From Octopus sinensis (taxonomy: Eukaryota), in the NCBI RefSeq assembly GCF_006345805.1, contig NC_043000.1:4092001-4156000 (forward strand): a stretch of 64,000 nt of DNA, given 5' to 3'. Position 1 is the first letter of the stretch; each line of letters starts with the position of its first letter. This document shows positions 38,156 through 51,159 of this stretch, piece after piece. The position numbers were made by a program, and so were the translations under genes. A model generated the notes under the pieces. That model saw nothing but the letters and a program-made list of their open reading frames with translations, was not told the origin of the DNA and did not search any database.

Positions 38156-39446
38156 ATGCAGGAGTGGCTGTGTGGTAAGTAGCTTGATTACCAACCACAT
38201 GGTTCATTCCCAGTGTGTGGCACCTTGGGTAGGTGTCTTCTACTATAGCTTCGGGCCGACCAAAGCCTTGTGAGTGAATTTGATAGATGGAAACTGAAAG
38301 AAGCCTGTCGTATATATGTATATATATATATGTTTGTGTGTCTGTATTTGTCCCTCCCAACATCGCTTGACAACCGATGCTGGTGTGTTTACATCCCCAT
38401 AACTTAGTGGTTCGGCGAGAGAGACCAATAGAATAAGTACTAGGCTTCCAAAGAATAAGTCCTGTGGTCAATTTGCTCGACTAAAGGTGGTGCTCCAGCA
38501 TGGCCGCAGTCAAATTACTGGAACAAGTAAAAGAATAAAAGAGAGTAAAGAATATAAGGTTAAATATCTCTTATGTAAATAACAGCCTTCTTGAATTTTT
38601 TTCCTGGTCCCAGGAGAGCCATTACTTTCATTAGGATAAGTGATTAGAAGTGAGATTTCTTTGTCTAATCTCTTCCCCGAATTATCCACCAAGAACAAAA
38701 AAACATCAGAATATCCTTTCTGTTGTTAAAAAAAAGTGCAGTAGTGGCTGTGTGGTAAGTAGCTTGCTTACCAACCATATGGTTCAGGGTTCAGTCCCAC
38801 TGCATGGCACTTTGGGCAAGTGTCGTCTACTATAGCCTTTTGAGTGGATTTGGTAGACAGAAACTGAAAGAAGCCTGTCGTATATATATGTGTGTGCACG
38901 TGTATGTGTATCTGTATTTGTCCTCCCTCCCTCACCATCGCTTGACAACCGATGTTGGTTTGTTTACATACCCATCACTTAGCGGTTCAGCAAAAGAACC
39001 GATAGGATAAGTACTAGGCTTCCAAAGAATAAGTCCTGGGGTTGATTTGTTTGACTAAAAGCGGTGCTCCAGCATGGCCACAGTCAAATTACTGAAACAA
39101 ATAAAAGAATCCAAAATGGTTAGAACTGAGACAATGATGTGGGAGGCAGGAGATTAATTGCTGCAACTGGTGTCACTCTCTCACTGCCAGAACTTACCTT
39201 TTTGATGCCAAAAGAAAAAGAAAAATCAAGAAATTTAAAAAGAAACATAAGATGCAATAATAATGACAGCCATATTCTTCACCAAACTCTTTCTTGCTAT
39301 CTTTGTTTCTACTTATTTTACATAACTAGAACTCCATTAGTCAGTCTGCTCATGAAATTAATGTACAAGAGGCTGAGTACTCCACAGACATACGTACCCT
39401 TATTGTAGTTCGCAGGAAGATAGTGGGGACAAACACAGAAACATAA

Positions 39447-39478
<32 letters not shown>

Positions 39479-40265
39479 TAAATTTATATACATATATATG
39501 ACAGGCTTCTTTCAGTTTCTGTCTACCAAATCCACTCACAAGACACTTGCTCAAGGTGCTACGCAGTGGGACTGAAGCTGGAACCATATGGTTGGTAAGC
39601 AAGCTACTTACCACACAGTCACTCCTGCACCGTTTTTAACAACAGAAAGGACGTTTTGGTGTTTTTTTGTTCTTGGTGGGTAATTCAGGGAAAAGATTAG
39701 ACAAAGAAATCTCTTTCCTAATCACGGAGATTCAGGTACAACTCATATTTTGCCTGCTGGGTGGACTGATGCAATGTAACATAAAGTGTCTTGCTCAAGG
39801 ACACTTTGCATTGCTGGGAATTGAACTTGTGACCTTGCAATCTTAACAATTATACTCTCTTTGCTCTTTTTACTCTTTTACTTGTTTCAGTCATTCGACT
39901 GTGGCCATGCTGGAGCACCGCCTTTAGTCGAGCAAATTGACCCCAGGACTTATTCTTTGTAAGCCTAGTACTTATTCTATTGGTCTCTTTTGAAGAACCG
40001 CTTAGTTACGGGGACGTAAACACACCAGCATCGGTTGTCAAGCAATGTTGGGGGGACAAACACAGACACACAAACATATACACACACAGACATATATATA
40101 TATATACGATGGGCTTCATTCAGTTTCCATCAACCAAATCCACTCACAAGGCTTTGGTCGGCCCGAGGCTATAGTAGAAGACACTTGCCCAAGTGCCATG
40201 CAGTGGGACTGAACCTGGAACCATGTGGTTGGTAAGCAAGCTACTTACCACACGGCCTCTCCTGC
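38156..40265. mobile_element. Cluster of four family A SINEs: 38156-38548 (+), 38736-39110 (+), 39421-39630 (-), 39862-40265 (-)
   Basis: Each aligns by eye to the copy at 121. Confidence 0.85.
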
Positions 40266-41225
40266 ATTCACTCTTGTTTTATTTCTCATGCAGTATGGTT
40301 ATGTATCTCCTCTATAGCAAGACACCTACACTTGTCCCTCTATCATACTTTAGCCTCTCAACATACTTTGTCAAGGAGGCTTTTTCCTTTCCAGTTTCAC
40401 AACTTATTTGGTGACCTCAGTAGCAAGAGAGGAGGCTTTATAGTAGATGTTGAGCAGCTAAAGTGTGATACGACATGAACAGGTTTCTTACTGTAGAGAA
40501 CATATGTGACTACTCTGTATTATATAAGGGTTAAAGTACCTGGAAAAGATGGTGGAGACATGATGTCAGTGTGTACCTCAAGGTATAAGAAGGTAAGTAA
40601 AAAAAGAGAATGTAATATAAAGTCTTGTAAAATGTTAACATATCATCTACAATATCGAAACCTCTTATAAAGTTTTGTAATATGTAATGTAAAGTCTTGC
40701 GACTGGTAATAAAAAGTCATGTAACAAGTAATATAAAGTTCTATTACATGTAATAAAATGTTCTGTAATATATTGACATATCTCTGGCAGTATTGTAGCC
40801 TATTAGTTCCAATGCAAGCTGATTGAACAATTTCAAAAAAGTAAAGCTTGCATGCTGCTAGTCTAGCTGAATATTTGTCTTAGATAAAAGCAATTAACAG
40901 GTCTATTCTATCATAGTGAGATCTGTACAATAACAGAACGGCTCAGAGAAGAGAGAAATACTGAATATCACTTTCTTAACAATTTATTCTTGGAATTCAT
41001 TTCTTGCATAGGAGAAATAATAAACGACTAATTGCAAAGAGTGTGAACTTTCTTAATTGATAGTATTTTGTATTCAGAAAAATGAATCTTGATTGGACAT
41101 GCTTTGAGAAAACTAAACACATCACTGGCCTCTCTTTTGAATCACAAAATTCAAGCAACAGTTCATTGCTTTTATAAAAGAATTTATGAAAGACTTATAT
41201 TTCACAAGTTAATGATGATCTAGGT

Positions 41226-41787
41226 TAGTGGTTCTCAACCAGAGTCCGTATGCCCCATGGGGGTCCATGTAAGACTTTTGGGGGTCCACACAAGCCAGTG
41301 AAACTGGGAATTCACAGTAGTATTTTAACCCTTTCGTTACAAACCTGGCTGAAACCAGCTCTGGTTCTTTAGTATAAATGTCTTGTTTTCATAAGTTTTG
41401 AATTCAAATCTTCCACCAGATCTTAGTTAAAATTCATGTTCCTAATACTAGCTTAATGATAAAGTTAATTTACTAAATTCTTTTGTTATATTTAAAATAA
41501 TTGAAAGAAACACAGAGTATCTCAAAATAAATACAGTAACGAAAGGGTTAAGGGTCCATGGAAAAATGTTACTTTAGATGTATTTATTATAAAAAACAGC
41601 TAAGTTTTTTTTCTCTTAATGTCTTACACAGTTCAGCTTTCACAAGAGAATGTGTAATAAACAAAATAAGAATTTTGAAAGAAACATCTATAAAACTAGT
41701 TTTAAACATCAAATGGCTATGGAGGTCCACTAGAATACAACAATAATCAAAAGGGTCAATAGGCAAAAAAGGGGTTGAGAACCACTG
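41226..41787 (+). mobile_element. Non-autonomous hAT-like element
   Basis: TIRs (c/t)agtggttctcaacc and ggttgagaaccactg; degenerate 8-bp TSD atctaggt/atcaagac. Confidence 0.7.
41329..41547 (+). mobile_element. TTAA MITE nested in a hAT-like element
   Basis: TTAA at 41325 and 41548. Confidence 0.85.
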
Positions 41788-42420
41788 ATCAAGACAAATG
41801 CAGTATCAGATTTAATTTGCATTTATTTTTCTTATCTTTTCGTTAGTGGGCAAGGTGGGGCCCACGACACTCAGAAGATTATTAAGAATGGTGTGATGGA
41901 AGGAAGAAGGTATTTGCAAGTCAGTGTACTGGCCAAAATGCTTGCAGTGGAGTGGAATTTGTTAAATGCATCCAAGGTGTTAAACCAGGTATCAGGTTAA
42001 GTCTACTCCACCACACAGACCCATGATGGGGTTCGAATTCAGAATGCCAGGAACTGGAACCTACTCTGTAAGACTTCCAGACCCAATATTCTTATAATTC
42101 CACTATATCCACACCCTAGATTGATATTTTTGTATTTGAACCTAAAAGAATAAAGTTGGCCTTGGTAGCAATTGAACTCAGAGCACTGGGAAGATGTGGA
42201 TGTTGTCACAGACAAGTGCAATGGCAAAAGTGAATTGGCCAATGTTGAATGCACAGTGTCTCTTACATTGCAGTCTATTATGGAAATATAAGTGGATATC
42301 AGAGATAATGAACCTATTAGTAACCCTGTTGCAGTCTTGTTCCCTACTATTTGTTACAGTTTCATAGCATATCAGCATTTATATTTGCTATAGAGTGGCT
42401 TGCAAATAGCTTGCAAGTAC

Positions 42421-43328
42421 AAGTGGTTCTCAGCTGAGTTCCATATGGCCCCTAAGGGCCTATATAAGATTTTTGGGGGTCCATGCAACAAAATAGTAAA
42501 TTAGGGATCCACAATAGTATTTTAAGGGCCCCTAACTAAATTAGCTTTAGATATATGCATTGCAAGAAACAGGTTTCTTTCTCTAACATTTTATTGGGCT
42601 GTCCGGAAAGTTCATTCCAATTTTTAAAGGAAAGAAAAAGGTCAATAAATACTTGCCATTACATTTTTAATCAACCAAATATGAACCATTTTGTTGCACA
42701 ATGCGTCTCCATCTTTCCTTTAACTTGAAAATACCCTCTTCCCAGAATTGAGGGGGTTTCATGGCAAAGAATTTATCAAGGTATCTTTTTACATCATCCA
42801 GAGAATTGAAATTTTTACCATTAAGTCTATTCTGCAGAGACCTGAATAAGTGGAAATCCGAAGGAGCAATATCTGGTGAATATGGAGTGTGGGGTAACAC
42901 ATCCCAGCCAAGCTGCAGCAATTTTTGTCTGGTTCCCAAAGCATCAAGTGCCAAAAATGAACTTTCTTATTTTCCATTTTAAAGGGTTACAGAATTAACA
43001 CAGGTTATAGGAACATAAACCTTCTTCCACGAAAAGATAGCTTAAACTGTGCTCTAAATGGAGGTGTAATCAAATCCTATTTTATGGACTCAACCGTGTT
43101 CTAAAATAAGTTGAAAGGTAAGCTACTATAAATCGGCACAAACTTTCCAGACAACCCAATACTTAGTTCAACCTACACAAGTGAATGTGTGGAAAACATA
43201 ATAAGAATTTTAAAAGAATTCTCTGTAAAACTAGCTTTTAAATATCGAATGGTTATGGCGGGGGGGGTCTACCAGAACAGAATAATAATTAAAGGCGTCC
43301 ATAGATAAAAAATGGTTGAGAATCTCTG
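42421..43328 (+). mobile_element. Second copy of the hAT-like element, interrupted by the mariner
   Basis: Collinear with 41226-41787 on both sides of the mariner. Confidence 0.7.
42594..43159 (-). mobile_element. Internally deleted mariner (DD34D-type), 566 bp
   Basis: TIRs ttgggctgtccggaaagt and actttccagacaacccaa, TA on both sides; MENKKVHFWHLML fused to TRQKLLQLGWDVLPHTPYSPDIAPSDFHLFRSLQN. Confidence 0.92.
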
Positions 43329-44209
43329 ATTTACACCGTGCCAGCATGAAAAACAGACATTAAATAATGATGATAATGATGGTGGTGGTGGTGGTGATAG
43401 TGGCGATGGTGGCAGCGGCGATGACGATGATGATAATAGATTTATATAGTAATTAAAACCTCTAATTTTTCTCATATTTATGCACAGAATTATATATCTT
43501 AATAACCAAAGAATCATTTATCCTACAGGCGATGACAATCGAAAACCAATGACTGAAGTAGCTTCAGCATTTCTTATCCACTCTATAGAATCCCGTATTT
43601 TTTTTGTTATACAAGTTTCTGTTCACGTGTTGTATAAAACTGTATCTAACTTAGGTAAGAAAATTGCCTCATCCACCATCTTCAACATCAGATTTGCTGC
43701 TACCTGAAATATATTGTATGCATAAAATATTTACTCATGTTTGAGATGTGGAAAACTACTCAGAGCCATTCCAGAAATTTCTATCACTTTCTGTGATACA
43801 GTTTCCTATCAATTGAAATATTCTATGGCAGCAGAGAAATACGGTTCTACAGTTTAACACGTAAGAATCTGAATAAGAATTGAGTTCCATTGAAATTCCA
43901 AGACAATATCTGTGCATGTTTAAAGAAATGCCCTGACACACGTTGCTATAAACAACTGCATTCTCAGCCATGGTGAGAAATACTCTTTTCACACATAATT
44001 TTCAGAATTAAATGGGAATAATTTTCTTTTCTTCTTCCTTTCTTTCCAATCTTTCCGACTTTCTTTTCTTTTCTTTTTTTCTTTATTTCCCAGGATTATT
44101 CCAAGATGAAGAATGTTACAATGACAATAGTATACACTTCTTCACTAAAGATACCACTAAAGATACATCTCTCCTCACTTGAACCTACCTCTCTTTATCT
44201 CTCTCATTT

Positions 44210-44257
<48 letters not shown>

Positions 44258-44428
44258 TCCCCTCCCTCTTCCAACAAATTTTAATTTGATACACACAGAT
44301 TAGTCTACACCCATTATTAAAAAGCAACCTATAATATATTCTGCAAATGAGGCTCTGACAATCCAGATATATTTTCCAATAGCAAAATTCAAACATTAAT
44401 TTTCAAAACTTAAATTAAATTCAATTGT

Positions 44429-44822
44429 AGGCATAGGAGTGGCTGTGTGGTAAGTAGCTTGCTTACCAACCACATGGTTCTGGGTTCAGTCCCACTGCGT
44501 GGAACCTTGGGCAAGTGTCTTCTACAATAGCCTCAGGCCAACCAAAGCCTTGTGAGTGGATTTGGTAGACAGAAACTGAAAGAAACCTGTGGTATATATG
44601 TATATATAGATGTGTGTGTGTTTGTGCTTGTGTGTCTGTGTTTGTCTCCCCAACATTGCTGGTGTGTTTACGTCCCCGTCACTTAGCAGTTCGGTGAAAG
44701 AGGCCGATAGAATAAGTACTAGGCTTACAAAGAATAAGTCCTGGGGTCGATTTGCTCAACTAAAGGCGGTGCTCCAGCATGGCCACAGTCAAATGACTGA
44801 AACAAATAAAAGAATAAAAGAA
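44429..44822 (+). mobile_element. Family A SINE
   Basis: Full length. Confidence 0.88.
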
Positions 44823-44875
44823 TATGTGTCTATATATATATGTGTATGTGTGTCTATATATATATATATATATAT

Positions 44876-45255
44876 CATCATCATTTAACGTCCGCTTTCC
44901 ATGCTAGCATGGGTTGGACGGTTCAACTGGGGTCTGGGGAGCCCGAAGGCTGCACCAGGCCAGTCAGATCTGGCAGTGTTTCTACAGCTGGATGCCCTTC
45001 CTAACGCCAACCACTCCGAGAGTGTAGTGGGTGATTTTATGTGCCACCGACACAGGTGCCAGACGAGGCTGGCGAACGGCCACGCTCGGATGGTGTTTTT
45101 TATGTGCCACTGACACAGGTGCCAGACGAGGCTGGCAGACGGCCACGCTCGGATGGTGTTTTTTATGTGCCACCGACACAGGTGCCAGATGAGGCTGGCG
45201 AACGGTCACGATCAGATTCGGATGGTTTTCTTGTGTGCCACCGGCACTGGTACTA
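44876..45255 (-). mobile_element. Family C copy with 3+ internal 63-bp units
   Basis: Units start at 45041, 45104, 45167 and 45235. Confidence 0.8.
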
Positions 45256-45289
45256 CAGAGATACAAATTCCATTGATGTTTATATATAT

Positions 45290-45322
<33 letters not shown>

Positions 45323-45324
45323 GT

Positions 45325-45555
45325 AAGGCGGCGAGCTGGCAGAAACGTTAGCACGCTGGCGAAATGCGTAGCTGTATTTCGTCTGCCATTACGTTCTGAG
45401 TTCAAATTCTGCCGAGGTTGACTTTGCCTTTCATCCTTTCGGGGTCGATTAAATAAGTACCAGTTACGCACTGGGGTCGATGTAATCGACTTAATCCGTT
45501 TGTCTGTCCTTGTTTGTCCCCTCTATGTTTAGCCCTTTGTGGGTAGTAAAGAAAT
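45325..45555 (+). mobile_element. Family B SINE in (TA)n
   Basis: Full length. Confidence 0.88.
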
Positions 45556-46662
45556 ATATATATATATATATATATAAACTTACTGTTAACAAAAGTCAGG
45601 ATGCATGGTGTTCAGCTATTACATAAATGAAAAATGTGTTACATACTACAAAACCTACATGTAGGGCAGACAGCAGGACCCTAATTCTTCCTCAGTTATC
45701 GATTGAAAATATTAATACCTAGTTTCATGCTTTTAACGATAAGACTAGGAACTTCACATATTGGCAGCGCCTGCAAGATTTGCTTAGAATTGGGGCTTGA
45801 GCAAACAAAATAATACAGGGTGGAGGTGTGAAAGTAAACAAAAGTAATTTGAAACGATAGAAGAAGACAAAAAAGTCTACAATTAAGTGTCAGAAGACAA
45901 GAGAGAGAGGATGAGAGGAAGTAGGGATGCTAGAAAAGGAATATTAATTTGCTGCTACACATAGCAGAGTGAGGTGTTGTCATGAGTTAGAGGAGAACCA
46001 ACATGAAAGTGGTGACCACCTTTCTGTAGGAATAACCTGATTTGGTGGTGGTATGTTGGACTGTCAGCATGGATGGATCTGTAGTCTATATAAGTGATAA
46101 GAATTAGGTGTTGTACTCTTGAGAATAGAGCAGGCAAACCTAAGTTGGTATATCTAGGTATTAATATTTTTGGTCCATAACTAATGAAGAATTAGGGTCC
46201 TGGTGTCTGTCTTATGTGTATATTTCATGCATTTTTCATATATATATGTATATATATATATATATATATATCATCATCATCATCATCGTCGTTTAGCGTC
46301 CGTTTTCCATGCTAGCATTGGTTGGACGGTTCTACTGGGGTCTGTGAAGCCAGAAGGCTGCACCAGGCCCAGTCAAATCTGGCAGTGTTTCTACGGCTGG
46401 ATGCCCTTCCTAACGCCAACCACTCTGTGAGTGTAGTGGGTGCTTTTTACGTGCCACCCGCACAGGTGCCAGACAGAGCTGGCAAACGGCCATGAACTGA
46501 TGGTGCTTTTTATGTGCCACCGGCACAAGGGCCAGGCGAGGCTGGCAACGGCCCTTGTGCAGTGGCACATAAAAAGCACCATATTATAATATATATATAT
46601 TAATAACTTATATTGGCCATTGATAAAAATTTTTTACAAAAAATTTTATCCTACATTAGTTG

Positions 46663-46695
<33 letters not shown>

Positions 46696-46881
46696 ACGGG
46701 AAGGTTTACAAAAATAAACAAAAGACGAAGGCAGGTGGATTACAAATAAAAAATGTATTAATAGGCGCTCAGAATAGAAATAGAACAGTCTTTTACGTTT
46801 CGAGCCTATGCTCTCGACAGAAAGATACACAGAAAAAAAAAGGAGAGAAAAAAAATGCGTGTAGGAGCTAATGATCTATCA

Positions 46882-46951
<70 letters not shown>

Positions 46952-48957
46952 CATACATATATATGTAGTCTTCAAATTAGCTTTCTCCTCTCTGGTTTTG
47001 AGAAGCCTAATTTCTCAAGATTGGTATGTATGTATGTATCATATCAGATACATGCATGCATGTATGTATGTATGTATCACATCAGAAGAGTTATCACATG
47101 GAAATTAGAACAATTCTTTGCTAAGTCAGCTATCTCTTTTTTTATTTCATTAATCTCAGAATGAAGGCTGAAGACATGTAAACCTTTAAATATGATTGGT
47201 CATAGGTTCTCCATATATCATTTCCATCATGGTATTCATTTTAGCTTGATGAAATTTCCAGTAAATTTGGTACGAAATCTTCAGTAAATGTACAAGATAT
47301 TGGCAATATCCTGCAGAAAGTAGACCAATTTATTTCAATAATTTAATAGAATTTCTCATTTGGGATATAAAATGGCATCAATTCCATAGTTAAGTAACTG
47401 TGTAAAAAAATCAACAAAAAAACCTAATATTTTGGTGACAATTATTGCTGAGTAGTAGCAAAGTGGCTGAGTGGATACAGAATGTGAATTACCAGGTAAT
47501 TAGCATGTTGGAAGTTCAAATCTCCTACATGTTTTTCATTGTATCCTTGTGTATGGAGACTTATTTTACTAAACCTGGGATGACTTATGTGAAAGAAGCT
47601 ACCAGACATTTTTGGAAGATTACTTTTTTTGAGTTAATATACCATCGTGGGATATTAATTTCACATCTACTTTACACTATAATATATACAGATATATGTC
47701 CTCTGTGACATTTGAAGGTAGTGATATTATTGTTGCCATAGTGATATTATTATTGCATTAGTGATGTTATAACTTTTAGAAATATCATCGTTACTTTCAT
47801 GTTATTGTCATTACTTTTGAGATAATATCATTACTTCACTGATATTAGAATTGCTTTTGTTATTCTTTGTCCCTTTAGACATATTAATCAGCTGACAAAA
47901 GTCATGAGAGTATTCCATTGTCTGAAGTATTGATGGAACTGGTGGACTGTACTGCAGATTTGGTAAGGATGGTGAAATATACTGCAGTGTTTGAAGGAAT
48001 GGTGAACTGTTATATATTAGATTGCATTCTAGTTCTACCAACACAACAGTTCTATCAACACTGCAGTACAGTCTACTGAATCTACCAAAACTATATTATT
48101 TCACCTGTTCTGCCAATGTTTCACTATAGTCAACCAGTTCTTATTTCTTTATTGCCCACAAGGGGCTAACAGTCAACCAATTCTACCAATCAACCAGTAC
48201 AGTCAACCAATTCTACCAACTTACATTATAGTCCCTAAATTTTATAAACATTACATCACAGTCTACCACCTCTGCTACCACTACATTACATTCCACCAAT
48301 GCTAACAACACTACATACACTACATAACAGTCTTCTAGTTCTACCAGTTCTACCAACACTATTTTACATCCCAGCAGATTTAACATCACTGAACACTCAA
48401 CCAGTTCTCTCACGACCTCAATAAAACTACCAGTTGTACTATCACTGTATTATATTCCATTCTACCAAAACTACATTACTATATTTTAGTCAATTGGTTC
48501 TGTCATCCATACAATACAGTTCTTCAGTACTACCAGCATCACAGTAATATCCACAAGGAACATTAGTTTGAAACAACCAGAGCTGTTTATGTATTACTAT
48601 ATAGTAGTCAACTGGTTCTGTCTTCAGTACAATACAGTTCTTCAGGTCTGCCAGCCTTACATTACTTCCCACCAGTTCTACCAGCATCACAGTAATATCC
48701 ACAAGGAATATTGGTTTGAAGCAACCAGAGCTGTTTATGTATTTGGAATTTATGTACACATGGTAGTGAACTTGCCAGTATAAAGAGAACAAATATAGAT
48801 TTTTTTTTACTAATGTGCGTAGCTGGATACAAAGAGAGTAGTAAATATGGGGGCTTTATTCATAGAAATATTGCTGACAGAACCATCATGGTTGAAGATT
48901 AATGGGTAGAATGGTTTCACAAAATTTAAGTAAATTAACAAGCTAAGAAAACAAGGA

Positions 48958-49331
48958 AAACAAAAGCACTCAGGCAATGCAAGCCATCGCCAAGGCAACA
49001 TCAATGTCCTCTCAACGATTAGCCAGAGATGATTTTTAAAATGAGAGTGTCTGAAATAAACTTGACTGCTCTCACAAACGAGAATACTGAAAATGAACCT
49101 GACCGCTCTCAAAAATTAAGTAAAAAACTAGAAAAGTAATCCAGAATCCTTGTCTGGTATTGGATCGATCCCAAAATCTAATCAATTCATGCCAGTCATG
49201 AGGCCAAACATACCTGAAAGTTTCATTCGAATCCATCGAGTGGTTCTTGACATATCTTGTCTACAGACAAACAAACAAACAAACACAACTGAAAACAATA
49301 CCTCTGTCTTTGCTAAAGCTGAGGTAATAAT
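48958..49331 (+). mobile_element. Helentron-associated (HINE/DINE-1-like) element
   Basis: 5' aaacaaaagcactcag..cgccaaggc, (ACAA)n, and a 3' hairpin acctctgtctttgctaaagctgaggt; recognised by pattern only. Confidence 0.5.
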
Positions 49332-49609
49332 GACTGCATTTAGACTACACCACTCTGAAGTTGATACAGAAAAAGATAATGAACTCAATACCTGTAAAGA
49401 CTAGGGAGAGTAGGAGACAATAAAAATATCTTAGTGCTAGCGTATAGGATAGTTGATTGTTCAACATAAGACTAAGTTTCCCCTCCAGAAATTACCAATA
49501 ACATATAACAAAGTGGAATATGTGGAGCCATCAAGAATTAATCGATTACATTGTTGCTGGTTACTTAGTTTTAGCCATAAATGGAATATGTATAAATAGA
49601 CATGGCAAT

Positions 49610-50120
49610 AGTTGGAGTTTTTTTATACGCAGGAAACTATGCTGGCATTTTGGAATATTTAAAGAAATTAGGTGGTACAACATACAGTACAAAAGGTGAA
49701 GGTTTTTGAGAATGATGAAAGCGGTCATACTCAGAGACATGTCAAATTATATAGACAAGGAGACTGAGGCAAATCATCTTGATATCATTGTTAAAGAACA
49801 CCAGGCAAAGAATATCTCCTAATCGATGTGTCAGTTTTAATGGAAGCTACTATATCTAAATGGAGAAAGTATCCAAATATAAAAAAAGCCTGAAGATAAA
49901 AATATCCAAAATGGAGGGATTGAAAACACAAACAATCCTTACAATAATAAGTGCCTTGGGAATGGTAAAAAAGAAATGCGGAGAAGTATTATTTGGAATC
50001 GAAATACAAAGACTTACATAAATACAAAAGATACAGAAAATAGCAGGATTTAGAAGCTGTAGATATATAATTTTCAATATAATAGGGAAAATACACTGCA
50101 CACAAAGCTGGACTTGGTTT
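49610..50120 (+). mobile_element. Degraded R4/Dong-like endonuclease region
   Basis: Broken reading VILRDMSNYIDKETEANHLDIIVKE..LIDVSV..EKVSKY..TQTILTIISALGMVKK parallels 53500-53760. Confidence 0.6.
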
Positions 50121-50213
50121 TGAAAGGAAGGCTTGAAATATGTTGTGGAATATGTTGTGGATTCTGATCACCCCTCAAATGACTAAAGGTGAACTGACTC
50201 TTTGTTATAAATT

Positions 50214-50462
50214 AAAGAAGCCTGTCGTATATATGTATATATATATATATATGTGTGTTTGTGTTTGTCCCCCTAGCATTGCTTGACAACCGATGCTGGT
50301 GTGTTTACATCTCCGTCACTTAGTGGTTTGGCAAAAGACCGATAGAATAAGTACTGGGCTTACAAAAAAGAATAAGTCCCGGGGTCGATTTGCTCGACTA
50401 AAGGTGGTGCTCCAGCATGGCTGCAGTCAAATGACTGAAACAAGTAAAAGAGTAAAAGAGAG
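50214..50462 (+). mobile_element. Family A SINE, 3' part
   Basis: 5'-truncated, tail intact. Confidence 0.85.
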
Positions 50463-50756
50463 TAACTGTGAGCGATTGGTAGTTCTTGTTGGTAAGCAGT
50501 TCACTGTGAGCCTTTGATATAATGTTGAGTCTCATGTAATAGTAATAGTAGTGTGTCGTGTATATACTTTCTTCCCTCCTACTTTGTTATATTATATATC
50601 CAATACAAGGCTATATAAAAAATAACAATAAAATTAGTGAAATGATGATGGTGGTGTTGGTGGCTATGATGATGATACATTCATTTATTTGCCACAAGGG
50701 TCCTAAATTCATATAACAACATGTTACTAAAAGGGCTTATGGGATGTGTTGGGACA

Positions 50757-51159
50757 TCTTTATATATAAAAGTGAAGTTGTGTGTCTGTCTCCTATGATT
50801 TAGATTCCTAACTACTCCTACATTTTGCGGTGCAGTTTAACCAGAACCGGGTATCTTATAGTCGTGATTCATATCGAGCCCTTCTGGGTATTAGCGCACG
50901 TCTACGATGAGTCTACGATTTTAAAAATAATTTACCATCAGTTTTTTCCATTTTAATGCATTTTTTTCGCTATTATATAAGGGAAGTAACTCTCTAAAAA
51001 TGTCTACGATGAGTCAACGATTTAAAAAAAAATTTACCATAATTTTTTTCCCATTTTTAATGCATTTTTTTTGCTATTTTTTGGCTATAACTCTCTAAAA
51101 ATGCTTATATAGTTATTTCCCTTACAAACCCGAGCAACGCCGGGCGATACTGCTCGTAG
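50757..51159 (+). mobile_element. Non-autonomous Helitron with an internal duplication of about 100 bp
   Basis: A^TCTTTATATATAAA start; cccgagcaacgccggg hairpin at 51129-51144; ends actgctcgtag^t (variant of CTAG). Confidence 0.78.

Noticed and set aside
40600-40790. Recurrent gtaatataaagtc motif
   Set aside because: Short degenerate AT-rich tandem repeat with no further structure.
43480-43992. Possible decayed transposase or exon on the minus strand (..QWNSILIQIL..)
   Set aside because: Only a faint hAT-like WNS motif, with stops in all frames; not supportable without a search.
46965-47300. Possible Helentron-associated element with (GTAT)n
   Set aside because: Suggestive start and microsatellite, but no clear terminal hairpin or second end.
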